This document shows, one piece after another, positions 22,778-33,469 of a stretch of 64,000 nucleotides of DNA. The position numbers and the translations under genes were made by a program. The notes under the pieces were generated by a model. That model saw nothing but the letters and a program-made list of their open reading frames with translations. It was not told the DNA's origin and made no database searches. Position 1 is the stretch's first letter. Each line of letters starts with the position of its first letter. Source of the DNA: an uncultured delta proteobacterium. Lineage in GTDB: Bacteria > Desulfobacterota > Zymogenia > Zymogenales > Zymogenaceae. Where the stretch lies: the NCBI GenBank assembly GCA_963735595.1, contig CAVTLK010000002.1, positions 32,001-96,000 of the forward strand. Reading direction: 5' to 3'.

Positions 22778-23131
22778 GTGAAGGGGAAGGATACACGGAG
22801 GATCGACAAGCTCGGGGACCTTATCAAGGAAGAGATATCGACCCTCTTGATCAGAGAAATCAGGGATCCCCGGATCGGGATGCTTACCATCACCGACGTA
22901 GAGGTTTCCCGGGATATACGAGCCGCAAAGGTTTTCTATACCGTCAGCGGCGATGACAACGCGAGGCGTGAAGCGCAGCGGGGGTTGGAGAGCGCCGTGG
23001 GATTTATCAGAAGCTCCGTTGCGCATAGCCTGACGATCAGGCGGATGCCCGAGTTGACGTTTATGTTTGACAAGAGCCTCGACTATGGTCAGAAGATAGA
23101 TCGGATCCTCGAGGAGTTGAAGGAAGAGTAG
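22778..23131 (+). CDS. rbfA: 30S ribosome-binding factor A
   Basis: IRDPR, ITDVEVSRD and PELTF.FDKS motifs. Confidence 0.96.
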   Translation: MKGKDTRRIDKLGDLIKEEISTLLIREIRDPRIGMLTITDVEVSRDIRAAKVFYTVSGDDNARREAQRGLESAVGFIRSSVAHSLTIRRMPELTFMFDKSLDYGQKIDRILEELKEE

Positions 23132-24120
23132 TGTCCATACTCACCGAGATTACCCGGACGATAAGAGACTCGTCACGCCTTTTTTTGGCGACGCACGTAA
23201 ATCCGGACGGGGACGCGATCGGGTCACTACTTGCCCTCAACTGCCTGTTATTAGGGCTCGGGAAGGATGTGACGGCATTTATTGCGGACCCGATCCCGGC
23301 TAATTTCCGGTTCTTGCCGACCTCCGATCTCGTGATAAACGGGCTTACCGGCCGGCAGGGCCGGTCGTTTGACCTGGCAATCGTGGTGGACAGCACCGAC
23401 TGGGAGCGTACGGGCACGGATATCCCGTCGATCGTGAGGCTGGAGAAGGTCATCAATATCGACCATCATGTCTCCAACAACTCCTTCGGTGATATTAATT
23501 ATATTGACCCGAAGGCGTCTGCGGTCGGAGAGATGCTCTATGACGTGATCGACGCCCTGGGAACAGGGGTCGATTCCCGAATTGCGTCGTGTCTCTATGC
23601 GGCGATCATGACCGATACCGGGAGCTTCACCTACTCGAACACGACGGCCCGGGCGTTTGAAATATCCGAAAAGCTCGTCAGGTGCGGCGCACAACCTGCC
23701 AAGATCGCAGAGGAGATCAACGAGAACTACTCGGTATCCCGTCTCGACCTCCTGCGGTTGGCGCTGTCTTCTCTCGAGTTTTCCGGTAACCGTCGAATCG
23801 GCTCGATGACGATCACCCAGGAGATGTTCAGGGAGACCGGCAGCGGACCGGACATGATCGAGGGATTTATCGATTATCCGAGGTTTGTTGCGGGTGTAAA
23901 GGTCGCAGTCCTCTTCCGGGAATTGACGGGCGGCGGCTATAAAGTCAGCTTCCGATCGCGAGATACGCTGGACGTGTCGCGGATTGCCGGGCACTTCGGA
24001 GGCGGCGGCCACATGAACGCCTCCGGGTGCACGATACCCGGCGAACTGGCCCGGATCAAGGACGATGTCATTTCGGTAACCCAGCGTGTGCTGGAGGAAA
24101 CGACCGGCGGGGAGACGTAA
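23131..24120 (+). CDS. nrnA: DHH/DHHA1 phosphoesterase (NrnA-like oligoribonuclease/pAp phosphatase)
   Basis: HVNPDGDAIGS, NIDHH, TDTGSF, SFRS and GGGGH motifs. Confidence 0.9.
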   Translation: MSILTEITRTIRDSSRLFLATHVNPDGDAIGSLLALNCLLLGLGKDVTAFIADPIPANFRFLPTSDLVINGLTGRQGRSFDLAIVVDSTDWERTGTDIPSIVRLEKVINIDHHVSNNSFGDINYIDPKASAVGEMLYDVIDALGTGVDSRIASCLYAAIMTDTGSFTYSNTTARAFEISEKLVRCGAQPAKIAEEINENYSVSRLDLLRLALSSLEFSGNRRIGSMTITQEMFRETGSGPDMIEGFIDYPRFVAGVKVAVLFRELTGGGYKVSFRSRDTLDVSRIAGHFGGGGHMNASGCTIPGELARIKDDVISVTQRVLEETTGGET

Positions 24121-24121
24121 T

Positions 24122-25015
24122 ATGCCGTTTGACGGTGTCCTGATCATCAATAAACCGGAAGGCATAACGTCCCACGATGCGGTTCGCGAGGTAAAACGGT
24201 CGCTCTCGGCGGCAAAGGTTGGCCACACGGGCACGCTCGATCCCTTCGCAACCGGCGTTCTGGTAATGGGGATCAACCAGGGGACGAAGCTCATCCCGTT
24301 TCTCGACAAGACTGAGAAGGCCTACCGGGCCGTGATGGTCCTGGGCGCCTCTACCGATACGTATGACCTGACCGGAACGATCGTCACAGCCGGGGATATC
24401 TCCGGGATAACCGAGCAGGACATCGTAACCGTCTTTTCGCGGTTCGTCGGTGATATTCTGCAACACCCGCCGATTTTTTCGGCGATCAAGGTGGACGGGG
24501 TTCGGCTCTATAAGCTTGCCCGCAGCGGCGTTGAAATGCCCCTGCCGGAGGCCCGGCCCGTGCATATCCGAATGTTGAGGCCGGTCGACTATTCGCCTCC
24601 CCGGGTCAGTTTTGAGGTCGTTTGCTCGCCGGGGACGTATATCAGATCGCTGGCCGCCGATATCGGCCGGGCGCTCGGGACGGAGGCCTATCTCGAACAG
24701 CTGAGCAGGACCGCATCCGGCCCCTTTACCCTCGATGCGGCCCACGAGCTGTCGGAGTTCACGGCCCTCGGCCTCTCGGGATACGGCGCCGTTATTGGGC
24801 TTCGCGAGGCGGTCGCCGACATGATGGAAATACCCATCAGCGAGCAGGAGGCGGCGCTCGTGGCCAACGGCGGGTTCCTCTGCTGGAGCAGGCCTAACGC
24901 CATGCGGACGGGGGCGACCGTCAAACTGGTGCATGAGGGACGGCTTGTGGCGCTCGCAAAGGTTATGGATCGGAATATCAAGGCAAATTTAAAGCCGTTT
25001 AAGGTTTTTGTTTAA
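24122..25015 (+). CDS. truB: tRNA pseudouridine(55) synthase
   Basis: KVGHTGTLDPFATG, PPIFSAIK and GTYIRSL motifs. Confidence 0.97.
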   Translation: MPFDGVLIINKPEGITSHDAVREVKRSLSAAKVGHTGTLDPFATGVLVMGINQGTKLIPFLDKTEKAYRAVMVLGASTDTYDLTGTIVTAGDISGITEQDIVTVFSRFVGDILQHPPIFSAIKVDGVRLYKLARSGVEMPLPEARPVHIRMLRPVDYSPPRVSFEVVCSPGTYIRSLAADIGRALGTEAYLEQLSRTASGPFTLDAAHELSEFTALGLSGYGAVIGLREAVADMMEIPISEQEAALVANGGFLCWSRPNAMRTGATVKLVHEGRLVALAKVMDRNIKANLKPFKVFV

Positions 25016-25040
25016 GTAACGGTGTTTTTGGAGGTAGTAG

Positions 25041-25310
25041 ATGTCCCTTATTAAGGAGAAAAAGATCGAGATCATCGACGGATATAAAAAACATCCGACC
25101 GATACCGGCTCACCGGAGGTACAGATCGCGTTGTTAACCGAGCGCATCAATACCCTCACGGAACATTTTAAAACACACAAAAAGGATCATATGTCTCGGC
25201 GCGGCCTACTGATGATGGTTGGCCAGCGGCGGCGGCTTCTGGAGTACCTCAAGCGAAAAAATGTCGAGGGATACCGGGAGCTTATCGCGCGGCTGGGGAT
25301 CAGAAAGTAA
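25041..25310 (+). CDS. rpsO: 30S ribosomal protein S15
   Basis: [13 protein letters not shown] and KKDH.SRRGL motifs. Confidence 0.99.
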   Translation: MSLIKEKKIEIIDGYKKHPTDTGSPEVQIALLTERINTLTEHFKTHKKDHMSRRGLLMMVGQRRRLLEYLKRKNVEGYRELIARLGIRK

Positions 25311-25338
25311 CGTCGCCCGCGGGCAATGAAAGAGGTTT

Positions 25339-27429
25339 ATGACAGAATTTAGAGAGAAAAAGAGAGAGTTTCACGGAAGACCCTTTGGTATCGAGACCGG
25401 GAAGATGGCCAAGCAGGCCGGAGGCTCGGTCCTCGTGAAGTACGGGGATACCCGGGTGCTTGTAACGGCCGTTTCCGCGGATACGACCAGGGCCGGGACG
25501 GATTTCCTGCCGCTGACCGTCGATTATCAGGAAATGACCTATGCGGCCGGCAAGATTCCCGGGGGTTTCTTCAAACGAGAGGGCAGACCCAGTGAGAGAG
25601 AAATCCTCACCTGCCGCATCATCGACCGGCCTATCCGGCCGCTGTTGCCCAAGGGGTATTATTACGAAACCCAGATCGTGGCTTCGGTGCTTTCCATCGA
25701 TCAGGACAACGATCCGGATATCATGGCGCTTACCGGCGCTTCATGCGCCCTTTGTCTGTCGGACGTCCCGTTTTGCGGCCCCATCGCGGCGGTGCGGGTA
25801 GGCAGGATCGGCGGCAAGTTCCTGTTCAATCCGAGCGGCGAGGACCTCCTGAAGAGTGATATGGATCTGTTTGTCGCCGGCAGCCGCGACGACGTGGTCA
25901 TGGTGGAGGGAAGGTTCTCGGAAATCTCCGAAGACGACGTCCTTTCGGCGATCGTGTCGGCCCACCGGGAGCTTCAGCCCCTCATTGATATGCAGCTTGA
26001 GCTCATGAAAGAGGCGGGGAAACCCAAGAGGAGCTTTGAAGAAAAGACGCTTGACGCCGCGCTCCGAGCACAGGTAGAAAAGGCGGCCGCCGATAGCATC
26101 ACAAAGACCCTGGCAATTCCTGTTAAGCAGGAGCGGTACAAGACTTTGTCGGCCCTGCGGCAGGAGATCACGGCAGCGCTTGCTCCCGACGACCCAACGA
26201 TGGCGGCGGAGGCGGCGGCATGTTTCGACGACGTCCATCATCACGTGCTCAGGGATATCATCCTCAAGGGGGTACGCATCGACGGCAGGAAGTTTGACGA
26301 AATCAGACAGATCACCTGTGAGGTGGGGATTCTCCCGCGGACCCACGGCAGCGCCCTGTTTACCCGGGGAGAGACCCAGGTCATGGCTTCGACGACACTC
26401 GGTACGTCCCAGGACGAACAGAAGATCGACGCCTTACGCGGCGAAAGCTACAAGTCCTTTATGCTTCACTATAATTTCCCGCCCTTTTCCGTCGGTGAGG
26501 CGCGGCCGTTGCGCGGCCCGTCACGCAGAGAGATCGGCCACGGGGCCCTTGCAGAGCGGGCGATATCGTCCGTGCTGCCCAAGGACGACAACTTCCCCTA
26601 TACGATCCGTATCGTCTCGGACGTTCTTGAATCCAACGGTTCCTCGTCAATGGCGACGGTCTGCGGATCGAGTCTTTCCCTGATGGATGCCGGCGTCCCG
26701 ATCAAGGCGCACGTGGCGGGCATCGCCATGGGCCTCGTCAAGGAGGGCGACAAGGTTGCCGTTCTCTCGGACATCATGGGAGACGAAGACCACGCCGGCG
26801 ATATGGACTTTAAAGTAGCCGGCACGACAAACGGTATCACCGCGCTCCAAATGGATATAAAGATCACCGGTGTCGGCGAGGATATCATGAAACGAGCCCT
26901 TGCGCAGGCCGGCCAGGGGAGGCTCTTCATCCTTAAGAAGATGTCCGAGGCCATTGATCGGCCCAGGGCCGAACTCTCGCCCCATGCACCGCGTATCGTG
27001 ACGTTCTTCATAAATCCTGACAAGATCAGGGACGTGATCGGCCCCGGAGGCAAGGTCATCAGAAAGATCGTCAGTGATACCGGAGTCAGGATCGATATTA
27101 CCGACGACGGTAAGGTCGAAATAGCGTCCATCGACGAGGCCGCCGCAAGCAAGGCGATCAACACGATCAAGGAGTTGACCAAAGAGGCGGCCATCGGGGA
27201 GATATACGAGGGTAAGGTCGTCAGGGTCGTCGATTTCGGCGCCTTTGTGGAGATACTTCCCGGCGTTGACGGACTGGTTCATATCTCGCAGCTCACCAGG
27301 AATCGCGTCAATAAGGTGACCGACGTAATCAAGGAAGGCGATACGGTCCGCGTCAAGGTAATCGATGTCGACAAGGAAGGAAGGATCAAGCTTTCCCGAA
27401 AAGAGGCCCTCGTCGGCGACGAAATCTGA
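25339..27429 (+). CDS. pnp: Polyribonucleotide nucleotidyltransferase
   Basis: [32 protein letters not shown] and GDMDFKVAG motifs; KH and S1 domains. Confidence 0.98.
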   Translation: MTEFREKKREFHGRPFGIETGKMAKQAGGSVLVKYGDTRVLVTAVSADTTRAGTDFLPLTVDYQEMTYAAGKIPGGFFKREGRPSEREILTCRIIDRPIRPLLPKGYYYETQIVASVLSIDQDNDPDIMALTGASCALCLSDVPFCGPIAAVRVGRIGGKFLFNPSGEDLLKSDMDLFVAGSRDDVVMVEGRFSEISEDDVLSAIVSAHRELQPLIDMQLELMKEAGKPKRSFEEKTLDAALRAQVEKAAADSITKTLAIPVKQERYKTLSALRQEITAALAPDDPTMAAEAAACFDDVHHHVLRDIILKGVRIDGRKFDEIRQITCEVGILPRTHGSALFTRGETQVMASTTLGTSQDEQKIDALRGESYKSFMLHYNFPPFSVGEARPLRGPSRREIGHGALAERAISSVLPKDDNFPYTIRIVSDVLESNGSSSMATVCGSSLSLMDAGVPIKAHVAGIAMGLVKEGDKVAVLSDIMGDEDHAGDMDFKVAGTTNGITALQMDIKITGVGEDIMKRALAQAGQGRLFILKKMSEAIDRPRAELSPHAPRIVTFFINPDKIRDVIGPGGKVIRKIVSDTGVRIDITDDGKVEIASIDEAAASKAINTIKELTKEAAIGEIYEGKVVRVVDFGAFVEILPGVDGLVHISQLTRNRVNKVTDVIKEGDTVRVKVIDVDKEGRIKLSRKEALVGDEI

Positions 27430-27441
27430 TTGCAGGGTAAC

Positions 27442-28686
27442 ATGTTTACAAAGACACATATAGGAGGAGGGGTTCCCCTCCTCTCTGAATATATACCCTA
27501 CGTTCATTCCGTTTCTCTCGGCATTTGGGTAAGGTCCGGCTCCGTCTCCGATACGAAAAAGACGATGGGGATAGGGCACTTCGTCGAGCACATGCTGTTC
27601 AAGGGAACTCAGCGCAGGACGGCCTATCAAATCGCCCGGGAGATTGATGACGTAGGGGGCCATCTGAACGCCTATACCTCTAAGGAATATACCAACTTCT
27701 ACGTGAAGGTTCTCAAGGACGATATCGAGCTCGCTGCCGACGTCCTGATGGATATATTCCTGAATCCGGTCTTTCCTGCAGACGAGATGGAAAAAGAGAA
27801 GTCGGTCGTCATTCAGGAAATAAAGATGGTAGAGGATACCCCGGACGATCTGATCCACGACCTATCCTTTCAGACGATGTGGCCCGATCACCCCTTCGGG
27901 TATTCGATACTGGGGGAAATAGAGACGGTTGGGGCCGTCACCAGGGAATTACTGACGGCCTATCGGATGAAGCACCATACCCGGGAAAACATTATTATCG
28001 GGGCGGTCGGGAATTTCGAACATGAGCGGCTCGCGGCCCTGCTCTCCGGGCCGCTGGCGGCGATTCCGGCGGGTTCTCCCGAGGGCATCGCATCGCCGCA
28101 GTTTGCCGCCCGGCGCGAGGTATTCGAGCGCGATATAGAGCAGGTCCATTTCATCATCGGGTTTTCGGCGCTTCCCTATACGCATGCGGACCGGTACAGC
28201 CAGTTGATCCTCAACACCGTGCTGGGCGCGGGCATGAGCTCCCGGCTCTTCCAGGAAGTCCGTGAAAAAAGAGGGCTCGCGTATTCGATTTACTCGTTTC
28301 TCTCCCCATACCGGGATTCAGGCTCGCTGGAAATATACGCCGGCACCGATGCCGACTCACTGGAGGAGCTCCTGCGGATAAGCGCCCGCGAGATCAAGAA
28401 ACTGACGAAAAAGCCCCTCTCGGATGCCGAGCTTGCCTCGGCCAAGGGACAGATCAAGGGCAATCTCCTGCTCTCGCTGGAGAGCACGGACGCTCGCCTC
28501 GGACGAATGGCCAAGAACGAGCTCTATTTCGGCCGCCGGGTGGAGGCCGACGAAATTATCCAGAGCATCGACCGGGTAACCGCGGCCGACGTCCTGGAGG
28601 TCGCGCGCACGGTGATCAACCCCGATCAACTGACGGCGGTCTTCCTGGGGCCGGTCACCGAGCGGGATATTCCCGAGATTATGTGA
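27442..28686 (+). CDS. M16 family zinc peptidase (cytoplasmic)
   Basis: HFVEHMLFKGT, NAYTSKE and SSRLFQEVREKRGLAY motifs; usual position after pnp. Confidence 0.93.
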   Translation: MFTKTHIGGGVPLLSEYIPYVHSVSLGIWVRSGSVSDTKKTMGIGHFVEHMLFKGTQRRTAYQIAREIDDVGGHLNAYTSKEYTNFYVKVLKDDIELAADVLMDIFLNPVFPADEMEKEKSVVIQEIKMVEDTPDDLIHDLSFQTMWPDHPFGYSILGEIETVGAVTRELLTAYRMKHHTRENIIIGAVGNFEHERLAALLSGPLAAIPAGSPEGIASPQFAARREVFERDIEQVHFIIGFSALPYTHADRYSQLILNTVLGAGMSSRLFQEVREKRGLAYSIYSFLSPYRDSGSLEIYAGTDADSLEELLRISAREIKKLTKKPLSDAELASAKGQIKGNLLLSLESTDARLGRMAKNELYFGRRVEADEIIQSIDRVTAADVLEVARTVINPDQLTAVFLGPVTERDIPEIM

Positions 28687-28695
28687 TCCGGCGCC

Positions 28696-29019
28696 ATGTT
28701 TTCAAAGGGAGACATCGTTATCGAGTTCTACCGGGCCTCCGGCCCCGGCGGGCAGCGGAAGAACAAGAAGGATACGGCCGTAAGGATCACGCACCTGCCG
28801 ACCGGGATAACGGTGGTCGCCCCGGAAAGCCGCTACCGCAGCGTCAATATGAAACGGGCATTTGAGAGGCTCGCCGAGCGGGTCAGCGAAAAGACGAAAC
28901 GCGCCGCCGTCCGCATCAAGACCAGGGCCCCCGGGCGCGTGCGCGAACGGCGGCTCGAAACAAAGCGGATAACTTCGGTAAAAAAGGACTTTCGCAGGCG
29001 GATTGAACATGACGAATAA
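28696..29019 (+). CDS. Stand-alone GGQ peptidyl-tRNA hydrolase (ArfB/release-factor-like ribosome rescue factor)
   Basis: [25 protein letters not shown] plus basic C-terminal tail RERRLETKR. Confidence 0.85.
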   Translation: MFSKGDIVIEFYRASGPGGQRKNKKDTAVRITHLPTGITVVAPESRYRSVNMKRAFERLAERVSEKTKRAAVRIKTRAPGRVRERRLETKRITSVKKDFRRRIEHDE

Positions 29020-30346
29020 GGCAGGCGGCATCGCGTGGAAGGATGTGAAAGATGAGGCATCCGAAATCCTGGCCCAATACGTGCGGATCAAGACGGTAAA
29101 CCCCCCGGGCGACGAAGAAGAGGCGGCCCGGTTCCTCGCATCCGTGCTCAAGAAAGACGGCATCGACTCGAATGTCTATCTATCCGGTCCCAAACGGGCC
29201 AGCATCCTGGCGCGGCTGAAGGGCGTGGACCCACGGGGATTGATTTTTCTTTCTCATATAGATACGGTCGGGGCCGAGGCCTCCACGTGGGATTTTGATC
29301 CTTTCTCCGGTGAGCGAAGGAACGGCAACATCCTCGGCAGGGGAACGCTCGACGACAAGGGGATGGGAGTCATGGGCCTGATGGCGCTGCTGCTGGCCAG
29401 GCGCACGGGTCTGCAGCTCAAGCGGGACGTTGTCTTTCTGGCGACGGCCGACGAGGAGACCGGGGGCGAATACGGAGCGGGATATATGGCCAGGGAACAC
29501 GCCGATAAGCTGGCGGCGACCTTTCTCCTCAACGAGGGGGGCGCCCTTATGCGGGGGGTCCTGCCCAACGACAGGGTTTCGTGCATGGTCGCCGTGGGGG
29601 AAAAGGGGCCGCTCTGGCTGGAGCTCTCCCGAGCCGGCACCTCGGGGCACGGCTCGGTCCCCGTGGCAGATAACGCCATCCTCAAGCTGATCCGGGCGGC
29701 CGACCGGCTTTCCCGGTCGCGCCGGCCCATCCGGTTCATCGACGAAACGATCGAATTTTGCGCCGGTCTCGGCGGCGGGATCGGAGGGATAAAGGGCGCG
29801 TTGCTCAAGGGCGTACGCGTCCCGTTGTTCAGGCCGCTGATCGGCAGGCTCCTATCAAAGACCCCCAATATCGGCGCCATGCTTACCGATACGATAAGCC
29901 TCACCACTATGCACGCGGGTATCAAGGAGAACGTAATCCCCGACGGGGCCCGGATGACCATCGATGTCCGGCTGCTCCCCCGCACCGACAAGGACGAATT
30001 CATCGGGTGGGCGAAAAAACGGCTTGATGACGACCGGATCGCGGTTCGGGAGGTCTTCTTCGCCCCGTCGTCCCTGTCACAATCGACAGGCGAATTTTTC
30101 CGGGCCGTTTCGGCCACGGCCGACGAGATCGTCCCCGGTTCGATTACCATTCCGATGATTTCTACCGGCTTCACCGATTCCCGGTTTTTCCGGGATCTCG
30201 GGATCACATCGTATGGCCTTCTGCCAGCCCCGCTCACGACCGAGGACGTACAGACGGTCCACGGCAAGAACGAGAAGATCAGCGAGGAGGGACTTCTCCT
30301 CGGTACGAAGTATATGTACCGTCTCATCGAAAGACTCTGCGCGTAG
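29009..30346 (+). CDS. M20/M25/M40 family metallo-hydrolase
   Basis: [28 protein letters not shown] and HGKNE motifs. Confidence 0.92.
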   Translation: MTNKAGGIAWKDVKDEASEILAQYVRIKTVNPPGDEEEAARFLASVLKKDGIDSNVYLSGPKRASILARLKGVDPRGLIFLSHIDTVGAEASTWDFDPFSGERRNGNILGRGTLDDKGMGVMGLMALLLARRTGLQLKRDVVFLATADEETGGEYGAGYMAREHADKLAATFLLNEGGALMRGVLPNDRVSCMVAVGEKGPLWLELSRAGTSGHGSVPVADNAILKLIRAADRLSRSRRPIRFIDETIEFCAGLGGGIGGIKGALLKGVRVPLFRPLIGRLLSKTPNIGAMLTDTISLTTMHAGIKENVIPDGARMTIDVRLLPRTDKDEFIGWAKKRLDDDRIAVREVFFAPSSLSQSTGEFFRAVSATADEIVPGSITIPMISTGFTDSRFFRDLGITSYGLLPAPLTTEDVQTVHGKNEKISEEGLLLGTKYMYRLIERLCA

Positions 30347-30364
30347 CCACCGTACGGGTGATAC

Positions 30365-30985
30365 ATGGATTTTACGTTTGCCATAACGTCATTCATCACG
30401 ATCTTCGTGGTGGTGGGCGCGCCGGAAAGCGTCGCGATCTTCCTGACCCTCACCAAGGGGATGGACCGGCATAAGGTCAGGCGTACCGCCCTCAAGTCCT
30501 GCGTGACTGCCCTGGCCGTCCTTTCGGTCTTTACGCTATTCGGTAACAATATCCTTACTTTCTTCGGAATTACGGTGGCGGCCTTTCAGGTTGCGGGGGG
30601 AATAATCCTCTTTTTTATCGGCTTTGCGATGATACGGATTATCCGTGCACGGGTCATCACGACCCCGGAAGAAGAGGATGAGAGCGAAAAAAAAGAGGAT
30701 ATATCCATCGTCCCCATGGCCGTCCCGATTCTGGCCGGGCCCGCCTCGATCACTACGGTGATGGTCCTCTCGTCCCGGATGCCGGGGTGGGAGGCAAAGG
30801 TGGTGGTCCTCGGGGGGAGTCTCCTGACCATACTTATCGCTTTTCTTCTCTTGAGTTTTGCCGAGAACGTACAGCGGGTCTTCGGCAGGACCGGCATGAA
30901 TATCCTCGAGCGGGTGATGGGGCTCATTCTCTGCGTAATGGCTGCGCAGTTCGTAATCGACGGCGTCAAGCAAGCGCTGCTGTAA
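30365..30985 (+). CDS. MarC family membrane protein
   Basis: Hydrophobic 206 aa; AFQVAGGIIL, SIVPMAVPILAGP and RVMGLIL motifs. Confidence 0.93.
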   Translation: MDFTFAITSFITIFVVVGAPESVAIFLTLTKGMDRHKVRRTALKSCVTALAVLSVFTLFGNNILTFFGITVAAFQVAGGIILFFIGFAMIRIIRARVITTPEEEDESEKKEDISIVPMAVPILAGPASITTVMVLSSRMPGWEAKVVVLGGSLLTILIAFLLLSFAENVQRVFGRTGMNILERVMGLILCVMAAQFVIDGVKQALL

Positions 30986-31056
30986 GACGTGCCGAAGTAT
31001 CAGAATATACCATTAGATAGCGCCCGCCGACAAACAGGCGGATTACAGCAATCCAT

Positions 31057-32097
31057 ATGAATCTCACGTCATCCCGCAACGCAGTGCTCAACTACCTCGA
31101 GCGGGTTTTGAAACGGGAGCGGCTGATCTCGCTACCCACGATCCTGCAGGTGGAGATCAGCTCGGCCTGTAACCTTGCCTGCTCCATTTGCGCCCGTTCG
31201 GAGTTCCCGTACGGGCCCGGTCACCTTTCGATCGACCTCTTCAGGTCGTTGGCGCCGGTCTTTCCGTATGTGAAAAAGCTGATACTCCACGGTTATGGAG
31301 AGCCGTTGGCGCATCCCCGGTTTACCGAGATAATGGATATCGTCGGCCTGTTCGAATGCGAGAAGTCGTTTTATACCAACGGGACAATGCTAACCGGCAG
31401 GCGGGCAGAGGCCGTTATCACCGGTGGAATGACCGAGATCACCGTCTCCATCGATTCGCCCGATAAAGCCGGTTTCGAGCGGATACGCAAAGGCGCGTCA
31501 TTCGACCGGGTAACCGGTAACGTAGGGCGCTTCATTACGATGCGAAATGAGCGGGGGACGCGCCGGCCCCGGGTAGTGCTCGCCGCTGTGGCGATGACCG
31601 ACAACGTCGACCAATTACCGGGGCTCGTGGACCTTGCGCGCGAGCTGTCTGCCGACGCCGTTGAGGTCAACTACCTGATGGCCTATAAGGAAGAGCTCGT
31701 TGGCAGAAGCCTCTTTTTCGACCGACCGCGCGCAAACAGGGTTTTCATGGAAATCGCCTCGATGGCGCGGGCGGCGGGTCTCGAGGCGCGGCTTCCCGGC
31801 CTGTTCGCATCGGACGAAGGGCAAAAACCCCCCGAGCCCCAGAAGACCTGCCTTCGCCCGTACGATTTTGCCTACGTCGGTTACGACGGGAACGTTCGGC
31901 CATGCTGCTTTCCGCTGCTGTATCTCGGATCGATCGTCGAGACCGATTTTCGGACCATCTGGAACTCGCAGGGATACCGGGGCCTCCGGCGAAGCTTCGC
32001 CAAGGGGACACCGCCCGAATTCTGCCGGATGTGTCTTTCGGGAATCTATACCCACGTGGACAGCGAAAAATGCCATATCTCCTGTCGGAAGGAATGA
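31057..32097 (+). CDS. Radical SAM protein with SPASM/twitch domain
   Basis: CNLACSIC (CxxxCxxC), GYGEP, TNG and C-terminal C...GNVRPCC...CRMC. Confidence 0.92.
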   Translation: MNLTSSRNAVLNYLERVLKRERLISLPTILQVEISSACNLACSICARSEFPYGPGHLSIDLFRSLAPVFPYVKKLILHGYGEPLAHPRFTEIMDIVGLFECEKSFYTNGTMLTGRRAEAVITGGMTEITVSIDSPDKAGFERIRKGASFDRVTGNVGRFITMRNERGTRRPRVVLAAVAMTDNVDQLPGLVDLARELSADAVEVNYLMAYKEELVGRSLFFDRPRANRVFMEIASMARAAGLEARLPGLFASDEGQKPPEPQKTCLRPYDFAYVGYDGNVRPCCFPLLYLGSIVETDFRTIWNSQGYRGLRRSFAKGTPPEFCRMCLSGIYTHVDSEKCHISCRKE

Positions 32098-32109
32098 CCG
32101 CGCGGGCGG

Positions 32110-32157
32110 GCCAATTCGCTTATTTGCCTATTTGCATATCGGCTTATTGGCTTATCG
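32110..32157 (+). repeat. Six degenerate tandem octamers (GCYTATTN-like)
   Basis: gccaattc/gcttattt/gcctattt/gcatatcg/gcttattg/gcttatcg. Confidence 0.75.
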
Positions 32158-32281
32158 CGGGCGCCGTTACGATCGCGGCGACGTGTCCCGAAAACGTCTT
32201 GAGATTGATTGACTTCTATGATAGCCTTTGTTACCGGGTTCGCGTCTCCGTCCGATCAGCCACGAAAAGGAGCGTCGTTCG

Positions 32282-33115
32282 ATGAAGAATCTCATTAAAC
32301 GGGCCGCCTGGGATATCTATGGGGCGCAGCACGTCGTTGTGCTGACCGGCGCGGGCGTCAGCACGGAATCCGGAATCCCTGATTTCCGAAGCCCCGGGGG
32401 GCTTTGGGAGAAGTATGATCCTATGGAGTTCATGTATGAGCGCTTCATGTCCAACCCGAAGCGGATCTGGGAGATGAGTATCAGGATGAAACGGGAAGGC
32501 GATCTGGACATGGCCGAAGCGTTGCCGAACCCGGCGCACCTGGCGCTGGCCGAACTGGAAGCGATGGGATACGTGAAATGCGTCATTACCCAGAACGTCG
32601 ATAACCTCCACCAAAAGGCCGGCAGCACCGACGTCATCGAATTTCACGGGAGCCTCTTATGGGGGCGGTGTATCAACTGCGGCGAGCGCTACTCGACCGA
32701 TGCGATCGACCGGAAGATCGACACGGGCGAGCTCCCACCCCGATGCACTGCGTGCGGGGGCATCCTCAAGCCCGACGCGGTCTTCTTCGGCGAACCGATA
32801 CCTCCCCAGGCATTACAGCGGTCGATTGCGGAGGCGCGCCGCTCGGACGTGATGATCGTGGCCGGGACTTCCGCGGTGGTCTACCCCGCTGCCGAGCTCC
32901 CGTTCATCGCAAAACGGGGCGGGGGCTTCTTTTCGACCGCCGTTATCGAACCCTCACCTAACGTCGGGGCAATCGTCATCGAAATCAATGATGAACCGAC
33001 CCAGTTGACCGGAAAGGTCTCCGACTATCTCATCCTCGGGAAGGTGGGAAATGTCCTGCCCGAGGTCGTTAACGAGCTCAAGAAGCTACAACAAGACAGC
33101 GGACACCGGCCGTAA
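32282..33115 (+). CDS. cobB: NAD-dependent protein deacylase (Sir2 family)
   Basis: TGAGVSTESGIPDFR, TQNVDNLH, HG, two CxxC pairs and GTSAVVYPAA. Confidence 0.93.
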   Translation: MKNLIKRAAWDIYGAQHVVVLTGAGVSTESGIPDFRSPGGLWEKYDPMEFMYERFMSNPKRIWEMSIRMKREGDLDMAEALPNPAHLALAELEAMGYVKCVITQNVDNLHQKAGSTDVIEFHGSLLWGRCINCGERYSTDAIDRKIDTGELPPRCTACGGILKPDAVFFGEPIPPQALQRSIAEARRSDVMIVAGTSAVVYPAAELPFIAKRGGGFFSTAVIEPSPNVGAIVIEINDEPTQLTGKVSDYLILGKVGNVLPEVVNELKKLQQDSGHRP

Positions 33116-33328
33116 GGCGACCCCGGTACGCGTCAGGTCCTGCGCGGGTAACAATACGATATTACGGTCCCATACAGGAACAAAAAGGAAGCCAATTTGT
33201 GTTAAGTTTGACACACCACGTGTGTCATTTGTGACATAAGATCGAGGGATGCCATCCCCGGCCGTATATGTCGCCCCCCTATCTTCTCGAAATCATTAGA
33301 TTAAATAAATGTTTCACGGCCGGATATA

Positions 33329-33344
33329 TGGCAAGGATATTGCT
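33329..33344 (+). promoter_or_regulatory. Sigma54 -24/-12 promoter
   Basis: TGGCAA-GGATA-TTGCT with an upstream IHF-like site (33291-33303) and inverted repeat (33209-33227). Confidence 0.65.
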
Positions 33345-33469
33345 TACTATACTCTCAATTGGTAGGTGAGCGGGGTTACGCTGGGTACTAAATGGTACTA
33401 TTCCTGCACGCACCCCTAAAAAATAATAGTTTAATATAATCGGATACGGAATCGGCACCCGAGGAACAC

